DNA from: Blepharisma stoltei ATCC 30299
Taxonomy: Eukaryota > Protista > Ciliophora
Length of the DNA stretch: 64,000 bases
Direction: 5' to 3'
Assembly: GCA_965603825.1 (NCBI GenBank)
Contig: CBFDEM010000063.1
Location: 1 to 64,000 of the forward strand
Shown here: positions 1 to 14,136 of the stretch, one piece after another
How the letters are laid out: every line of letters begins with the position of its first letter
Numbering within the stretch: the first letter of the stretch is position 1
Position numbers and translations under genes: made by a program
Notes under the pieces: model-generated
Database searches by the model: none
What the model was told of the DNA's origin: nothing
Seen by the model: the letters and a program-made list of their open reading frames with translations, nothing else

Positions 1-2934
1 ACACCCTAACACCCTAACACCCTAACCCCAACACCCTAACACCAAACCCTAACCACCCCCTAACACCCCTAACACCCTAAACACCCTAACACCCTAACAC
101 CCTAACACCCTAACACCCTAACACCCCTAACACCCTAACACCCTAACACCCTAACACCCTAACCCACCTAACACCACTAACACCCTAACACCCTAACACC
201 CTAACCCCCTAACACCCTAACACCCTAACACCCTAACACCCTAACACCCTAACACCCTAACACCCTAACACCCTAACCACCCTAACACCCTAACACCCTA
301 ACACCCTAACACCCCTAACACCCTAACACCCCTAACACCCTAACACCCTAACACCCTAACACCCTAACACCCTAACACCCCTAACACCCTAACACCCTAA
401 CACCCTAACACCCCTAAACACCCTAACACCCTAACACCCTAACACCCTAACACCCTAACACCCTAACACCCCCTAACACCCTAACACCCTAACACCCTAA
501 CACCCTACCCCTACACCCTAACACCCTAAACACCCCTAACACCCTAACACCCCTAACACCCCTAACACCCTAACACCCTAACACCCTAAACACCCTAACA
601 CCCCTAACACCCCTAACACCCTAACACCCTAACACCCTAACACCCTAACACCCTAACACCCTAACACCCTAACACCCTAACACCCTAACACCCTAACACC
701 CTAACACCCTAACACCCTAACACCCTAACACCCTAACACCCTAACACACCCTAACACCCTAACACCCTAACACCCTAACACCCTAACACCCTAACACCCT
801 AACACCCTAACACCCCCTAACACCCTAACACCCTAACACCCTAACACCCTAACACCCTAACACCCTAACACCCTAACACCCTAACACCCTAACACCCTAA
901 CACCCTAACACCCTAACACCCTAACACCCTAACACCCTAACACCCTAACACCCTAACACCCTAACACCCCTACACACCCTAACACCCTAACACCCTAACA
1001 CCCTAACACCCTAACACCCTAACACCCTAACACCCTAACACCCTAACACCCTAACACCACCCTAACACCCTAACACACCCTAACACCCTAACACCCTAAC
1101 ACCCTAACACCCTAACACCCTAACACCCTAACACCCTAACACCCTAACACCCTAACACCCTAACACCCTAACACCCTAACACCCTAACACCCTAACACCC
1201 TAACACCCTAACACCCTAACACCCTAACACCCTAACACCCTAACACCCTAACACCCTAACACCCTAACACCCTAACACCCTAACACCCTAACACCCTAAC
1301 ACCCTAACACCCTAACACCCTAACACCCTAACACCCTAACACCCTAACACCCTAACACCCTAACACCCTAACACCCTAACACCCTAACACCCTAACACCC
1401 TAACACCCTAACACCCTAACACCCTAACACCCTAACACCCTAACACCCTAACACCCTAACACCCCTAACACCCTAACACCCTAACACCCTAACACCCTAA
1501 CACCCTAACACCCTAACACCCTAACACCCTAACACCCTAACACCCTAACACCCTAACACCCTAACACCCTAACACCCTAACACCCTAACACCCTAACACC
1601 CTAACACCCTAACACCCTAACACCCTAACACCCTAACACCCTAACACCCTAACACCCTAACACCCTAACACCCTAACACCCTAACACCCTAACACCCTAA
1701 CACCCTAACACCCTAACACCCTAACACCCTAACACCCTAACACCCTAACACCCTAACACCCTAACACCCTAACACCCTAACACCCTAACACCCTAACACC
1801 CTAACACCCTAACACCCTAACACCCTAACACCCTAACACCCTAACACCCTAACACCCTAACACCCTAACACCCTAACACCCTAACACCCTAACACCCTAA
1901 CACCCTAACACCCTAACACCCTAACACCCTAACACCCTAACACCCTAACACCCTAACACCCTAACACCCTAACACCCTAACACCCTAACACCCTAACACC
2001 CTAACACCCTAACACCCTAACACCCTAACACCCTAACACCCTAACACCCTAACACCCTAACACCCTAACACCCTAACACCCTAACACCCTAACACCCTAA
2101 CACCCTAACACCCTAACACCCTAACACCCTAACACCCTAACACCCTAACACCCTAACACCCTAACACCCTAACACCCTAACACCCTAACACCCTAACACC
2201 CTAACACCCTAACACCCTAACACCCTAACACCCTAACACCCTAACACCCTAACACCCTAACACCCTAACACCCTAACACCCTAACACCCTAACACCCTAA
2301 CACCCTAACACCCTAACACCCTAACACCCTAACACCCTAACACCCTAACACCCTAACACCCTAACACCCTAACACCCTAACACCCTAACACCCTAACACC
2401 CTAACACCCTAACACCCTAACACCCTAACACCCTAACACCCTAACACCCTAACACCCTAACACCCTAACACCCTAACACCCTAACACCCTAACACCCTAA
2501 CACCCTAACACCCTAACACCCTAACACCCTAAACACCCTAACACCCTAACACCCTAACACCCTAACACCCTAACACCCTAACACCCTAACACCCTAACAC
2601 CCTAACACCCTAACACCCTAACACCCTAACACCCTAACACCCTAACACCCTAACACCCTAACACCCTAACACCCTAACACCCTAACACCCTAACACCCTA
2701 ACACCCTAACACCCTAAACACCCTAACACCCTAACACCCTAACACCCTAACACCCCTAACACCCTAACACCCTAACACCCTAACACCCTAACACCCTAAC
2801 ACCCTAACACCCTAACACCCTAACACCCTAACACCCTAACACCCTAACACCCTAACACCCTAACACCCTAACACCCTAACACCCTAACACCCTAACACCC
2901 TAACACCCTAACACCCTAACACCCTAACACCTAA
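1..2934 (+). repeat. Telomeric repeat array (CCCTAACA)n, chromosome left end
   Basis: About 365 tandem copies of the 8-mer CCCTAACA from base 1, with an abrupt junction to unique sequence at ...ACACCTAA|TTTAAG. This is the unit known from the heterotrichs Stentor and Blepharisma. Confidence 0.98.
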
Positions 2935-3030
2935 TTTAAGCTATTGCTTCAGAATCACCGGGCTTAATTCCTGAATCCTATTATTATATAACTAATTTAT
3001 AAAAATAAAAATCTTTGAACAAAAATTAAT

Positions 3031-6000
3031 CTAAAAAGAGTTAAAATTTAATAAATTTGATTTGGTGCTACCATCGAATTTTTTTCCAATCTCTATTTCG
3101 GGAATCATTTTTGGCAGAATACTTGCTTCTTCTAAATGCTTTGTTTGAGCCCTAATAAAAGGGATATAATAAAGTAAGTAAAGCAACGCAAGTTCAAATG
3201 AGAATAATATAGTAATACCAATAATTATGCTCAATTGTAGAGATATTACCTGCTTTGAGCTTGAATCTGCCATATCAAAGTCATCAGCCATGGAATCCTG
3301 CAAAATGCCGAAATTCGTAAGGTAACTATATTTTACTGTATAAGAGCGGTATTCATGAACACTCATATAAAAGGAATCAAAAATAGCTGAATTTGCTGCA
3401 ACTCCTGTTCCGTATTTCAAGATATCAAATTGAGAGTCTATTTCTTCAAAAAGGCGGTCTTTTAAAGAACTTGATAGTAAATCTTGCAGATCTTTTGAAT
3501 GAAGATTTTTATACTCTTCTCAATATCACAAAATCGTATTTTCAAATTCAATAGATGGATCTGCAAGGCTATAAGATTTTTTATAAATATCTAGATATGG
3601 GGGCTTATTTATATCTCTTGTAAAATATCCGATTCTTGCTAATAAAGCTCTCCTTATATTAAAGTTTTGTAATAATTTAGGCCGATTTATCATATAAGTT
3701 TCGCATGCTTTATATAGATAAAGGATTGCCAATATAAAAGCTATTGAAATGATTGCGAAGAAACTTAATCTTCAGCAGAATTTTCAAATAATATTAGCTT
3801 TCACATAATTGCTTTTTTTTTTAGGATTTTTTTGAATCAAATCATTTTCCTTGTTTATTTCAAGCCCATGGATTGAAGTGAGCCTGTCTAAAGCTACCTG
3901 TCTTAGAGAACTATAGCTTGAAACGACAGAATTTTTAATAAATTTTCAAAAATTCTCATAAGCAGATTTTAGCCTAACTATGAAATAAAGAAGTACACAT
4001 AAACAAAGTCCAAGAATGATGATTCCAGCTCATAGTAAAAGATTGATATAAAGACTGGAATCATGTATTCGATTTTTTTCACATTCAACTAAGCCAGACA
4101 ATGCATCTTTTATTAATTCAAATGGATAACTAACACTATTTATCATTAGTCATCTTGTTTCATGCGCATAGCCAATATCTTTTGTCTTTGCACATTTTAG
4201 CAAGACTTGGCCCTAAATACTATTTACATGCTGAATAAAATTGGTCATTGCATCATAAAGGTTGTATTTTTTTAGGTAAGGATTTCCCATGTCAAATTCC
4301 CATATAGGAATAATATTTTCTATAACAATTTTAGAGCTTGGGCAATAGCTTCACTGTGACTTGTCACTCAATACATTTTCTTGCAAAACTGAAAGCTCTG
4401 ATATAGTTTGATTTAAATATTCAGAGTCTCTTGTAAGGTTAAAAACTCCTTGTTCAATTTCAACACTAATTGATCTCACTAAATTTGCAGCTGATCCGAT
4501 ATAAAACATAATTTGGCCTAGGTGGTTGAAAATATCTAAAGAGTTTGTGTGTGCTACTTGCTCTATGATGTAAGCTAATATACCAATATTAGTTCCAATC
4601 ATTGCTATGATCTATTTAAAAAGTACTGCAAAGAATAAAATTCATTGGAATTTTTTAATAGATTTACTAGTACTTAAAATATACTTTGATGCAGATCCTA
4701 ATTTAAAATTACTCTCAGAAGATACGGATAATGAGCAACCAGAGCTTGCAGGGGCTAGTGACAAGATTTTTTCCTCATCAAAATCTTCAGAATTTTGTAG
4801 ATCACTTGCTTTTGAAATGTGTTGTTGTTTCTTAATAAAATTTATTTGAAAAGTTAATTTTTTGCCTTTTGAGTATTCAGTAGGTTGATTTTCAGATATT
4901 TCAGTTGGAATTTCTTTTAAAATTTTTGGTGAATTACAAAAGTATTCAACTTGCTCATTATTAACTTGACTTTTTCATTTTTTGATTTCAGATTTATCAG
5001 TCAGCACCAATATCATATGGATTGTATCAGATTTTGATTTTCTCGCGGTGTGAACTAGTACTGTTTTTTTATGATTAAAATAAATTACAACTGGCTCAAA
5101 TAATGGCAAAATTGATATGTTTATTCTTGGAATAATATCAGAAATATTCATCTCTGAATAATTGCTTTTGCCTAAGCCTATTATAGATATCAATTGTGCA
5201 GAATGGCTATATATTTGCCCTTCTTCGGATATTGAAATTATTTGTCTCTTGGTTTTTATTTGAGAAAAACAGATCTATAATAAGCGTTATTTTTGAATGC
5301 TGTAAGCTTTATTACCACCTTGCATTCAAAAATATACCCATCTAATTTTTGAAGAAATGATGAATGAGATATTTCTAATTCAGTGCAGGTGCATAATCTA
5401 TAATAGTTGAACATGTGATCATTATGATGTAAAGAATAAGGTTTAGGAATAAATTGATTAAAATCGCGATTAATCATTTCAATTGGAGACACATTGAGTA
5501 TAGCTGCAGCTTTTGCATTCATATATGCAATACTCCCAAATGAGCTAGTTTCTGTCGATACTAGTATAATTCCAAAGGATTGATCATAGCTTTCAAACTT
5601 TTTAAAGTCGTTTAAAGACCCAGAGTTCTTTATGTTCAATTTTCTTTTAAGTATAGCATTTCCTTCTTCGACTTCTCCGAGAATATTGATTAAAAAAAGT
5701 CCATATAAATCAAGTATTTCAGAATTCCTTATTTCTTGTGAAAGTGATTCATAAAGTGACTTAATTTTCTTTGAAATACTGCAAACTTTTTTAATAAAAT
5801 GCTTTAGCTTGTTTATTTCTGGATCTTTTCTTGCGATTTCTGCTCATAAATCTAGCAATATCAAACAAATTTCAACATCAAATTTTTTAGCTTCATCAAG
5901 GCATAATATACGATCTAAGTTTTTAATTTCTGATAATCCACTTACATTTTTTTCAAATTTCTCTAGAATTCGAAACTTTTGTATACATGCCTCAATGTTC

Positions 6001-7277
6001 TGCTTAAGCAAGCTATACTTTGTTAGTTTAACCCTCCCAAGCCTTTCATCTTTTGCAATATAAATACAAAAATTGACTTCTCATATAACATAAAGTGAAT
6101 TTTTCTTTAACTTTGAGTTAAACTGCTCAGAAAGCATTTCAATGACTTCACTTTTAGCATCGTACTGCTCATCTACCAATAAATGCCTAATTGAATGCTC
6201 CAAAGTAAATTGGCTTTTCGGATTGATTCTATTGAATTTTAGAACAGAATATTTTCTATGCACATAGATTGTTATAAAAAGGCAAGATAAAGGTAGCAAA
6301 AATATACATAGCAGGGTTAATGTTGTTGGGTTATCGGTTAAATATCCAAATAAAAAAACAACTAAGCAAACTAAAATATTACCCATTTTGCATGCTTGAA
6401 TTGAATTTTCAACTGGATTGAAATAGTGTAGAAATCTAAATTCAAGTACTAATAAATATACTGCCATTACCATGCCTATCATTATTCGATATTCATAATG
6501 ACTTTTGTCAACAAATGCAAACAGAAAGCATTGAGCAATAAAAAATAATATGCAGAGCAAATCCCATGAGGAATTAGACCTTGCTTTTATGTTTTTATGA
6601 GCTACTGAGTGTCTTAAATCTGCTTTCATCATTTCTATGAGAAAAACTATCGGTACAAAAACAACTAAAATAAGGAAGCTTGAAATCGTTCCCAAAATTC
6701 CGAAATTATAGTTGTCTGCATCATGATCATCATACTCCTGCACGTATCTGTAATCAAAAGCTGAGTATTTGATGACAATTATCAAAGTTGTTAAATATGG
6801 AATTAGCGATATTGAGCTAAATAAATATAAAAGGGCTTTAGCAATCATAAGTAAAATACCAGGTAAATTGCAATTAAAATACTTACAACCACAATGCAAA
6901 AAAACAATAAAAATCGAGGATGCATTAATGGTTGAACTTAAAATAAAATAAAAAGTATAAAGACCTTGCTTTGCAAATAAATAGTCGTAATTGAAAAATC
7001 TAAAGCAATTTCAAATAGTTGAGTATGAACTTCAATGGCGAATAGACATATCAGGATATCAAAAAAGAGATACCACCTGAATTGTGATAATTATATTTGA
7101 AAATATTTCTCGAATTATTTGTTGCTTAAAAGAAACTCTAGTCTTGAAGTCTGACTCGAAAATCCCTATAATGCAACTCAATAAAAATCCTTGCAAATTT
7201 TTATATTTGTCAAGTGGCTTTCTACTTATGAATAGTTGATTGCCTTCTATATGAAAATCTTCCCCATCTGTTATCAT
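3031..7277 (-). CDS. TmcB/TmcC-like multi-pass membrane protein with PAS domain (UGA=Trp, two introns, one apparent -1 frameshift at ~5256-5276)
   Basis: ORF pieces 7059-7277, 6081-6899 and 5256-5639 share one frame; 4975-5193, 4351-4602, 3526-3732 and 3031-3420 share another. Breaks are TGA or 15-nt introns. Contains N-terminal TM helices, a YGLFLINILGEVEEG helical segment, the PAS segment IAYMNAKAAAILNVS...FIPKPYSLHHNDHM, and C-terminal TMs. Ends TAG at 3031. Confidence 0.8.
4213..4227 (-). other. 15-nt spliceosomal intron
   Basis: GTAAATAGTATTTAG; phase 0, contains in-frame TAG, A at -6. Confidence 0.9.
4612..4626 (-). other. 15-nt spliceosomal intron
   Basis: GTACTTTTTAAATAG; phase 0, in-frame TAG, A at -6. 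Confidence 0.9.
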
Positions 7278-8056
7278 TTAAGACTCGAATTAAAAAAATG
7301 ATAATAATTTATCATTTTCGCAATGAATAGGCAACTGTATGCTTTTTAAATATATTTTATTTACTCTAAGAAATAATTCTTAAAATTAATCTAGGCAGTT
7401 CAAATACTATTTAAATATATTTGCAACGCATGGAGATGGGCAATCTTTTTGAGAGGTATGCAAAAGCGAAGTGCAGGTGATCACGCATATTTTAGAGCCA
7501 ACTATATACTTTGAATTACTCAAGTAGTAATTCCTGAAATAATTATACTGTCATATGGGCAGGCGTAATATTTTAAGCAATCTGGGAGAAGAAAACCAGG
7601 ATTAAGCTTATTTAATATTTATTAAATGTGAAATGTATTAAATACTAAGCTATTTATTTCAAGAAACAAAAAACAAGCATACTTTTCCAGTTTTCCAGTA
7701 ATATTGATTATATTTAGTAATGCTATGCTCGAAAAGTTCCCTACTCATATAATAGATGGATTCTACCTCTTAAAAAATAAATCCAATCATCATCTTTTTT
7801 AGTATACAGAACTTAGTTTATAGTCTTTAAATCTAAGAATATAAGCTATTAAATATCCCACATATTTAATCAAAATACCTAAATTTTTTAATTTAAATTT
7901 TGCATTCTCAAATATTACTATAAATCATTACAAAAAGAATTGATTATTCAATTAATTTCCTAACAAATATAAAATTGTAGGATATAATTATTATGAAAAT
8001 TATTTACAATGCTCTTAAAATTTATCAAAACCCGTTTAATATATTATTTAATTTAC

Positions 8057-11000
8057 CTAAGACTTTTCTTCCTCTTCTGAAATCACGAACATAGACTTAG
8101 AAAACGTTGTTTGCTCAGATTCTGTTTCCAGTGTTATTGGTGGTCTTTCAAGATCTTCCACATTGACATTAGGCTGTACAGTGCTTATTGCATATTTATG
8201 CTCTGGATTTTCTATCATTTTGAACCCTTCCTTCAAAGTTTTATAACAGAATCTTATATAAACACCAACTGACGCAACTGTCTGCGTAGCAATAATAATC
8301 AAAATTAGAGCTGTAGTTACAGTTTCAGTCGTTGTTAACTTAATATTAACGGATTCTGATAAATTTCCAGATAGAGAAATCATCACTAAAAGTGTAGCAA
8401 CTTCACTTGAAAGATTTGCAATCTGATAATAAAGGTCACTGTAGGGCTGATACTTGGCAAAATAAATAATGAGCACAGCTGATAACAGTGAATTTATAAC
8501 AATTTGAGTTTCTGGATGCTGCCCTAATAGCACAATATTTATCATGTAGATGAGCCTCCTTATGAAGAATATAAAATAAAATTGAGTGCTTATTAGCCCT
8601 TTATCGTTTTTGAATTCATAATGCAGAGTGCTTCATTTAGCATAATAGTTCTCTTCCTCTTGCGTTATTTTACTCAGATTGCTGTAAGAAAATTTTATTA
8701 ATGCTGTGGGAGATGCTACCACAAAGATCTAAATATTTCTTACAAGGAAGAAAATAGAAAATATTGAACTTGAGATTTGGACTGAGTTTTCACTCGAAAA
8801 CTAAATAGATCTTACATATGATAAGCTTAAAATTGCAGCTATGCCCACGTCTAAATAGGTTTGTATTCAAAATCTCAAGAATATTGAATACTTAAAATAC
8901 TTGAAAATGGCTGAGAGGGCTCCTGAAATATAAGAGTTAGATATTTTTATCATTGCGTATATAAAAATGCAAGCTACAGAAGTAATAATGAAAATTGTTA
9001 GATCACTTCCAGCATTGAGAAATGCTATATCACTTTTATAATTGAATTTTACTGCCTCATCGTATGGTGATATTCCTTCATCATAGTCGATAAAAGCTGA
9101 AAATAGATTTGGAAAATATCTAACAGCATTTAAATCTTCTAAAAATGATGCAAAAGATTCTGACATTGGAATTTTTGATAGTCCCAAATAATAAATGACT
9201 TGCATTATGCTAATCATTGATCAAAACCCTGAAGGATTTGGAGTAAAAAATGAAACAGCCAAGTTTAGGCCAAGGAAAGCTTTAAATGCAGCTGAAGACT
9301 GAATCGAGAAATCTGAAAGGATATTGCTGTTTGGATAAGGATCATAATAGTATAAAACCCCAGTTAAAGTCTGCTCTATTAAAATTGCATTAGTCTTTGA
9401 AACTGAGTTATTCAAAATTACTGATAATTCTGTCTCTTTTTCAATTTCGACGTAGGCTTCTAAGTCAATTATTCAAGCTGCATCATTTATTTTGCTGATC
9501 GTATATGAAAAATCAGATTCATCTAAGCTTGATATTTGTATTTTAACATCAATGGCCAGTAAAGGATTTAGCAAATCTTCAGAAAAAGTCAAGTTCAACG
9601 TATTATCAAAATTCACCTTTATAGATGCATTAAAATAAGCAATAGTGGCACAATTTGTATTTCCATATCCAGTCTTGCATCTGCATACATTTTCATACAT
9701 TTCTGCATTTTCCACACATTCAAAACAAATCGTGCTGTTGTTGCAGGAAGTGCATTGAGCTGGACAATTTTTGCATAAACCTTCATGGGGGTATTTTCCT
9801 ATAGAACACTCAACACAGCTTGTTAAATCGTTGCTTAGGCCATATTCATCAATACAGTTACAAGAAGTGGCATTTTCAGCATTTTGCACACAACTTGTGC
9901 AAGTATCTGAGGCATAATCTGTGCAATGCTCGCATATAGAATTAAAACATAAATTGCAGTTCGGTAGGGAATCTTTGCACCCAAGATGGCAATTTGAATT
10001 GCAGGCTGTACAGTTATTATACTGAGATCCAGATCAAAATTCGTCTATTCCACAATTCGGGATGCAAACTTGTGTTGGCAAGCATGCTAAGCAAGTTTCA
10101 AAGCATCTAGATTGAGCCAAGTACGATATTTCTTTTGCAGAGTTAAATATCTGAATATCATAAATGAACCCTTTAAAAAACCCATCAATTTTTGACTGAT
10201 GCAGCTTCCCACCTATAATATTTCTCGTCCCCGACTTAGAGGCCTGATAATAAGAAACCCCAATATCTGTTGGCATTGAATTTGTGATCGCATTTATTGT
10301 GCATGATATATAAGTATGGCCTAGCCTGTCTAATAATGTCGAAATCATCAAATGGTTTCATTCATACAGAGAAACAATGTTCGAACAGGCATAAGTCACT
10401 ATGCCTGCATATTGAAGATTTATAGTTAAAGTTGGCAATAAATTAATAATTTCTAGCTCAAATTCTTTAGTGTTAGAAGAATCATGAATTGATGCTATAG
10501 TCATGTCTGCGCTTTGTGGATTAATTCATATTGAGTAGGTTATTATTGGGCTCATAATTAATTTTGGAGACTGATATAAGGAGTTTTCTGGCAAATAGAG
10601 AACTGATGAGATTCCATCAAAATAAAACCCCCTGAGATAAGCAGGGACTGGGTCATCGTGATCATAATTTTTATAAAAATTTGAGCTATTGCCTGTAATA
10701 ATTGGGATTTCTGAGCTTCTGTCAAAAATAATCCCATGCAAAGTGTTTAAATCTAAATGGAAAATCTGGGAGTTTACAAGCTTGCACAAATTATTACTTT
10801 CAACATAGCCCAAGGGGCAGAATGCTAGGCATAGCCCATTAATCATAAAATAGCCCTCAGCACAAACAATACAGTTTGAAAAGTCGCCATTTCTGCATAC
10901 CTTGCATGAAATATGGCAAGCTTCACACTTTTCATTTACAGTGCTCCAATAATACCCATCGCTGCATGAGCATCGATCATCTGACAAATGCGCATTTGCT

Positions 11001-13141
11001 TTACAATTTATGCAAACTGTATTATCATAATCATCACAAATGTCACATATTATATCATTACATAAGTTACAGTTTAGATCAGGCCTGACACAGCCATTAT
11101 AGCAAGATTTATTGCACGGTAAGCATGAGTTTCCATCTCAATATTGAGTCAATTTGCAGTTAACTATGCAACCTCCTGAGTTATCAAGCGGGCATAGAGA
11201 GCAGGAGGATGAGCATCCAGTTGAATATAAGGCTGAAAAATCCATTATCTTATTGTAAATTTTTAAATCCCATAAGAACCCAGTAAAGCTGCCGCTTATT
11301 TCCAGGTTGTAACTGTAAAACGCTCCTATATAAATCTCTTTGATATCAGAATCTTCAAATCATGATTTTGAAAGCCCGCTAGAGCGATCAGCCACACCGT
11401 TAATTTGAAAAGAAATTATTAAAGCTTGATCAGAATTTATGCTGGAAGAGACTATTAAAAGATTTCATTGCTGCGTTGCTAAAAAATTTAAGCTTTTGTA
11501 AGACACTGTTGATTTATCAGCCAGTTCTAAAGAAAGGAATGGATAAAGCCCATTAAAAAATCCAAGTTGCAAACTCGCTGGGTTATAATTGTATATGATT
11601 GCTTTTTCTAAAAGGGTGCATGAGCCAGTTTTTTGTGGATTTATCCAAGTCAAGATTGTAAATTTGGGAGCAAAATAAAAAGGATCTTCAAATTTCATGA
11701 AGGATCACATATTAAAATAATATCCGCGATACTCTGCGGCCAAAGGATCAGTAAACATATAATTTGGATAGAAGCCATCATCCATTCCTGTTGTGACTGA
11801 AATATTTGATTGTAAATCTCTAACTGTATTCTTTATTTGGTGAGGCATTAAATTAAATACAAATCCATTTGTATCTGGATTTATAACACATAAAGAGTCT
11901 AACTGTGAGTAACCAGTGGGGCATTTTAGTATGCAAACATTTTCAAATAAAAAATAGCCTTGCGCACAGTGAATGCAGACTGATTCATCATATAAATCGC
12001 AAGTGATTGTAGCTTCGCATTTTTTGGTTGCACTGTTTCAAAATGTATTTGAAGCACAGTTACAGATGCCTTTATTAAAATAAGCATTATCAACGCATTC
12101 TATGCAATCTTGAGTACCAAATCCAGTGCAATTTTTGCATAGGGGATCTATGCACGGACTGCAAGTTCCAGCTCGTATGCATCCAGCTGTGCACGACGAA
12201 TCACATGGCTCACAACTTGTTCCAGTAGAATACTGATTTATTTCACAATTTCGAAAACAGTCAATTGATCCATCGCAGAAACGCAAAAATGTATTAGAAA
12301 AATCACGAATTTCCACATTCCAATAGTCAAATGTATAAATAAACCCTTTAAAGTTTCCTGCAGGTCCACAACCCAAAATCAATGAAAATTGTGCGGCATT
12401 ATAAAACCTGAATATCATATTATTCACGAGAAGAGACGAGTCAATAACATTATCCACATACTGGGTTAATGTTGTCTGCTGCATTGAGGGAGAGTATGAA
12501 ACGGAATAAGAAATAAAGCTCCAGGTATTGTTGACCATTATTCTGTTTTTTTCAATCTCTTGTGTTATTTCATGGGATCCATCAGTTTTTTCTAGATTTG
12601 CAGTAATTCCTCCAGTTCCATCAATTCTTAGAAGCCACGAATCAGTTACTTTTAAATATAAAATATCATTGGTGCTTGAGACATTCGAAGGGCGAATCCA
12701 CAAAGAAAAGGCTATATTAACATTCGGATAAAAACTTGTACTTGTCTTCAAAAATTTCCCTCCAGAAAAATACAACCCTTGTCAGAGTGTTGGGATAGGA
12801 TCAAGATCTTCAGGATTGTTAAAAAACTGATAGCGACTTGCATCGTTTACGGTTAATTCACTAGCGTAAGTACCTGTAAATTTATTTTGGCCAAATTGTG
12901 CATTTATGATCCTAAGATTATATTCGGTGCAGGGATCAGTAAGAAATCCATATGGACAATAAGGTAGGCATATATTTGATATGCTTATAGCAGAGCTTGA
13001 ACATGATGAGCATTCAAAGGAAGAGGCTGATGCACAAGAGTCACAAAGGACAGAACTGCAAGTTGCTGTTGTTCGCCTTTCTTCGCTCGCAGCCGTTGTT
13101 AAGATTACAAAGAATGATGAGAGCAGGATTATAGAAAACAT
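8057..13141 (-). CDS. Large surface protein (~1684 aa): signal peptide, furin-like Cys-rich repeats, three LamG/ConA-like units, C-terminal multi-TM domain
   Basis: Nine ORF pieces in one frame, separated by TGA and two 15-nt introns. MFSIILLSSFFVILTTA signal peptide, CxxC repeats, a recurring DPxxxxxGxYF motif, and a TM region ending KYQPYSD. Confidence 0.88.
8729..8743 (-). other. 15-nt spliceosomal intron
   Basis: GTAAGAAATATTTAG; in-frame TAG. Confidence 0.9.
8801..8815 (-). other. 15-nt spliceosomal intron
   Basis: GTAAGATCTATTTAG; in-frame TAG. Confidence 0.9.
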
Positions 13142-13684
13142 TATTGCTTATTAATGTGGTGAAAAAATTGTTAATTATTAGATACTAAATTTCGACAGGT
13201 ATTTGGCGAAATGGAAATTTGCATACCAAAATGAAGGAATTCAGTTAGAAAGCAAGAAAAAAATCTATAAATTCGGTAATATTTCTTTAAAATGAGCCTA
13301 GAACTGTAAAAAAGTAGGATATGGCGCATAACAAAAAGAAAGGTTTTGCAGTTTTAATCTTATGTTTTCTTTTGAGCAGTACTTTCATTCTAGATCTACT
13401 TTTCCTTTTAATGGGCTGGTACAAAAATAATTAGTGTTCTTATAAATATTTGTCCTTACTTTAATTAATATGACATTTCACGGGATTAGGATTAGAGACA
13501 GGTTTATCATCACTTTTTAGCTAACTATATATGACTTACTGTATTGAAGTTCGTCCGCTTTGAGATTATAGATCAATCTCTCTCCCTTCCTCTAGATATA
13601 AAATATATGCTTATGTTTATGTTAAGACTTTTCAAAAAACCCTTCAAACTTTGTTTCCTTGTGACCATATTATACAAATTAAAC

Positions 13685-13848
13685 TTAGTTCTTGGCAACG
13701 AGTTGTGAATTCCAAATAGCCGTTGGATCCAGCTCCAGCAATCCCAATAAGGACTCTCTTTCTGAACCACCAAGCAGAGGGTCAAATTTCAGGAAGTTAT
13801 CTCATTTGTCCAGTTCCCTTAAAGAGCGCAGATTCCTCTTAACGACAT
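13685..13848 (-). other. GC-rich island: possible ~54-aa small gene needing a -1 correction, or an ncRNA
   Basis: About 46% GC against AT-rich flanks. ATG at 13848 opens only 9 codons, while the adjacent frame is open across the island and ends TAA at 13685. Confidence 0.3.
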
Positions 13849-14136
13849 GCTATTTTTTATTTTTAAATATTAATAAATTTTTGATATTAATTTCTCAAAA
13901 GCGAAAATGATACTCAATTCTATTCTTTCTTAAATGGACTAAGATTGAACTTTTCTTATTACAATTGGAATTGAGGTATTAAGCCTCTGGATCATGCCAA
14001 TGTTTCCCAAATTCGCCTATTCATATAGCCAAAGAGCTTAAGAAATAAGTCTCCAAACCTTATACACGGAAAAATCTCCTTATGTTTTCTATAAGTGATA
14101 ATCTTATTAAAAAATCACTTATTTTTATTTTTAATT

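Noticed and set aside
5247-5270. 23-nt GT-AG segment that would repair the TmcB-like frameshift
   Set aside because: Length and GTT donor do not fit the 15/16-nt GTA consensus; a 1-nt deletion is simpler
7420-7620. Slightly GC-richer patch with short ATG frame MEMGNLFERY...
   Set aside because: Only 21 codons, with no consensus intron or RNA motif
13440-13515. Possible C/D snoRNA (minus-strand GTGATGA followed by AACCTGTCTC, complementary to LSU rRNA GAGACAGGUU)
   Set aside because: No CTGA D box or terminal stem at a suitable distance; a 10-nt match is compatible with chance
13715-13795. Antizyme-like hints (TCC TGA; RESLLGLLEL)
   Set aside because: The frames do not connect by +1 and the product is far too short for an antizyme
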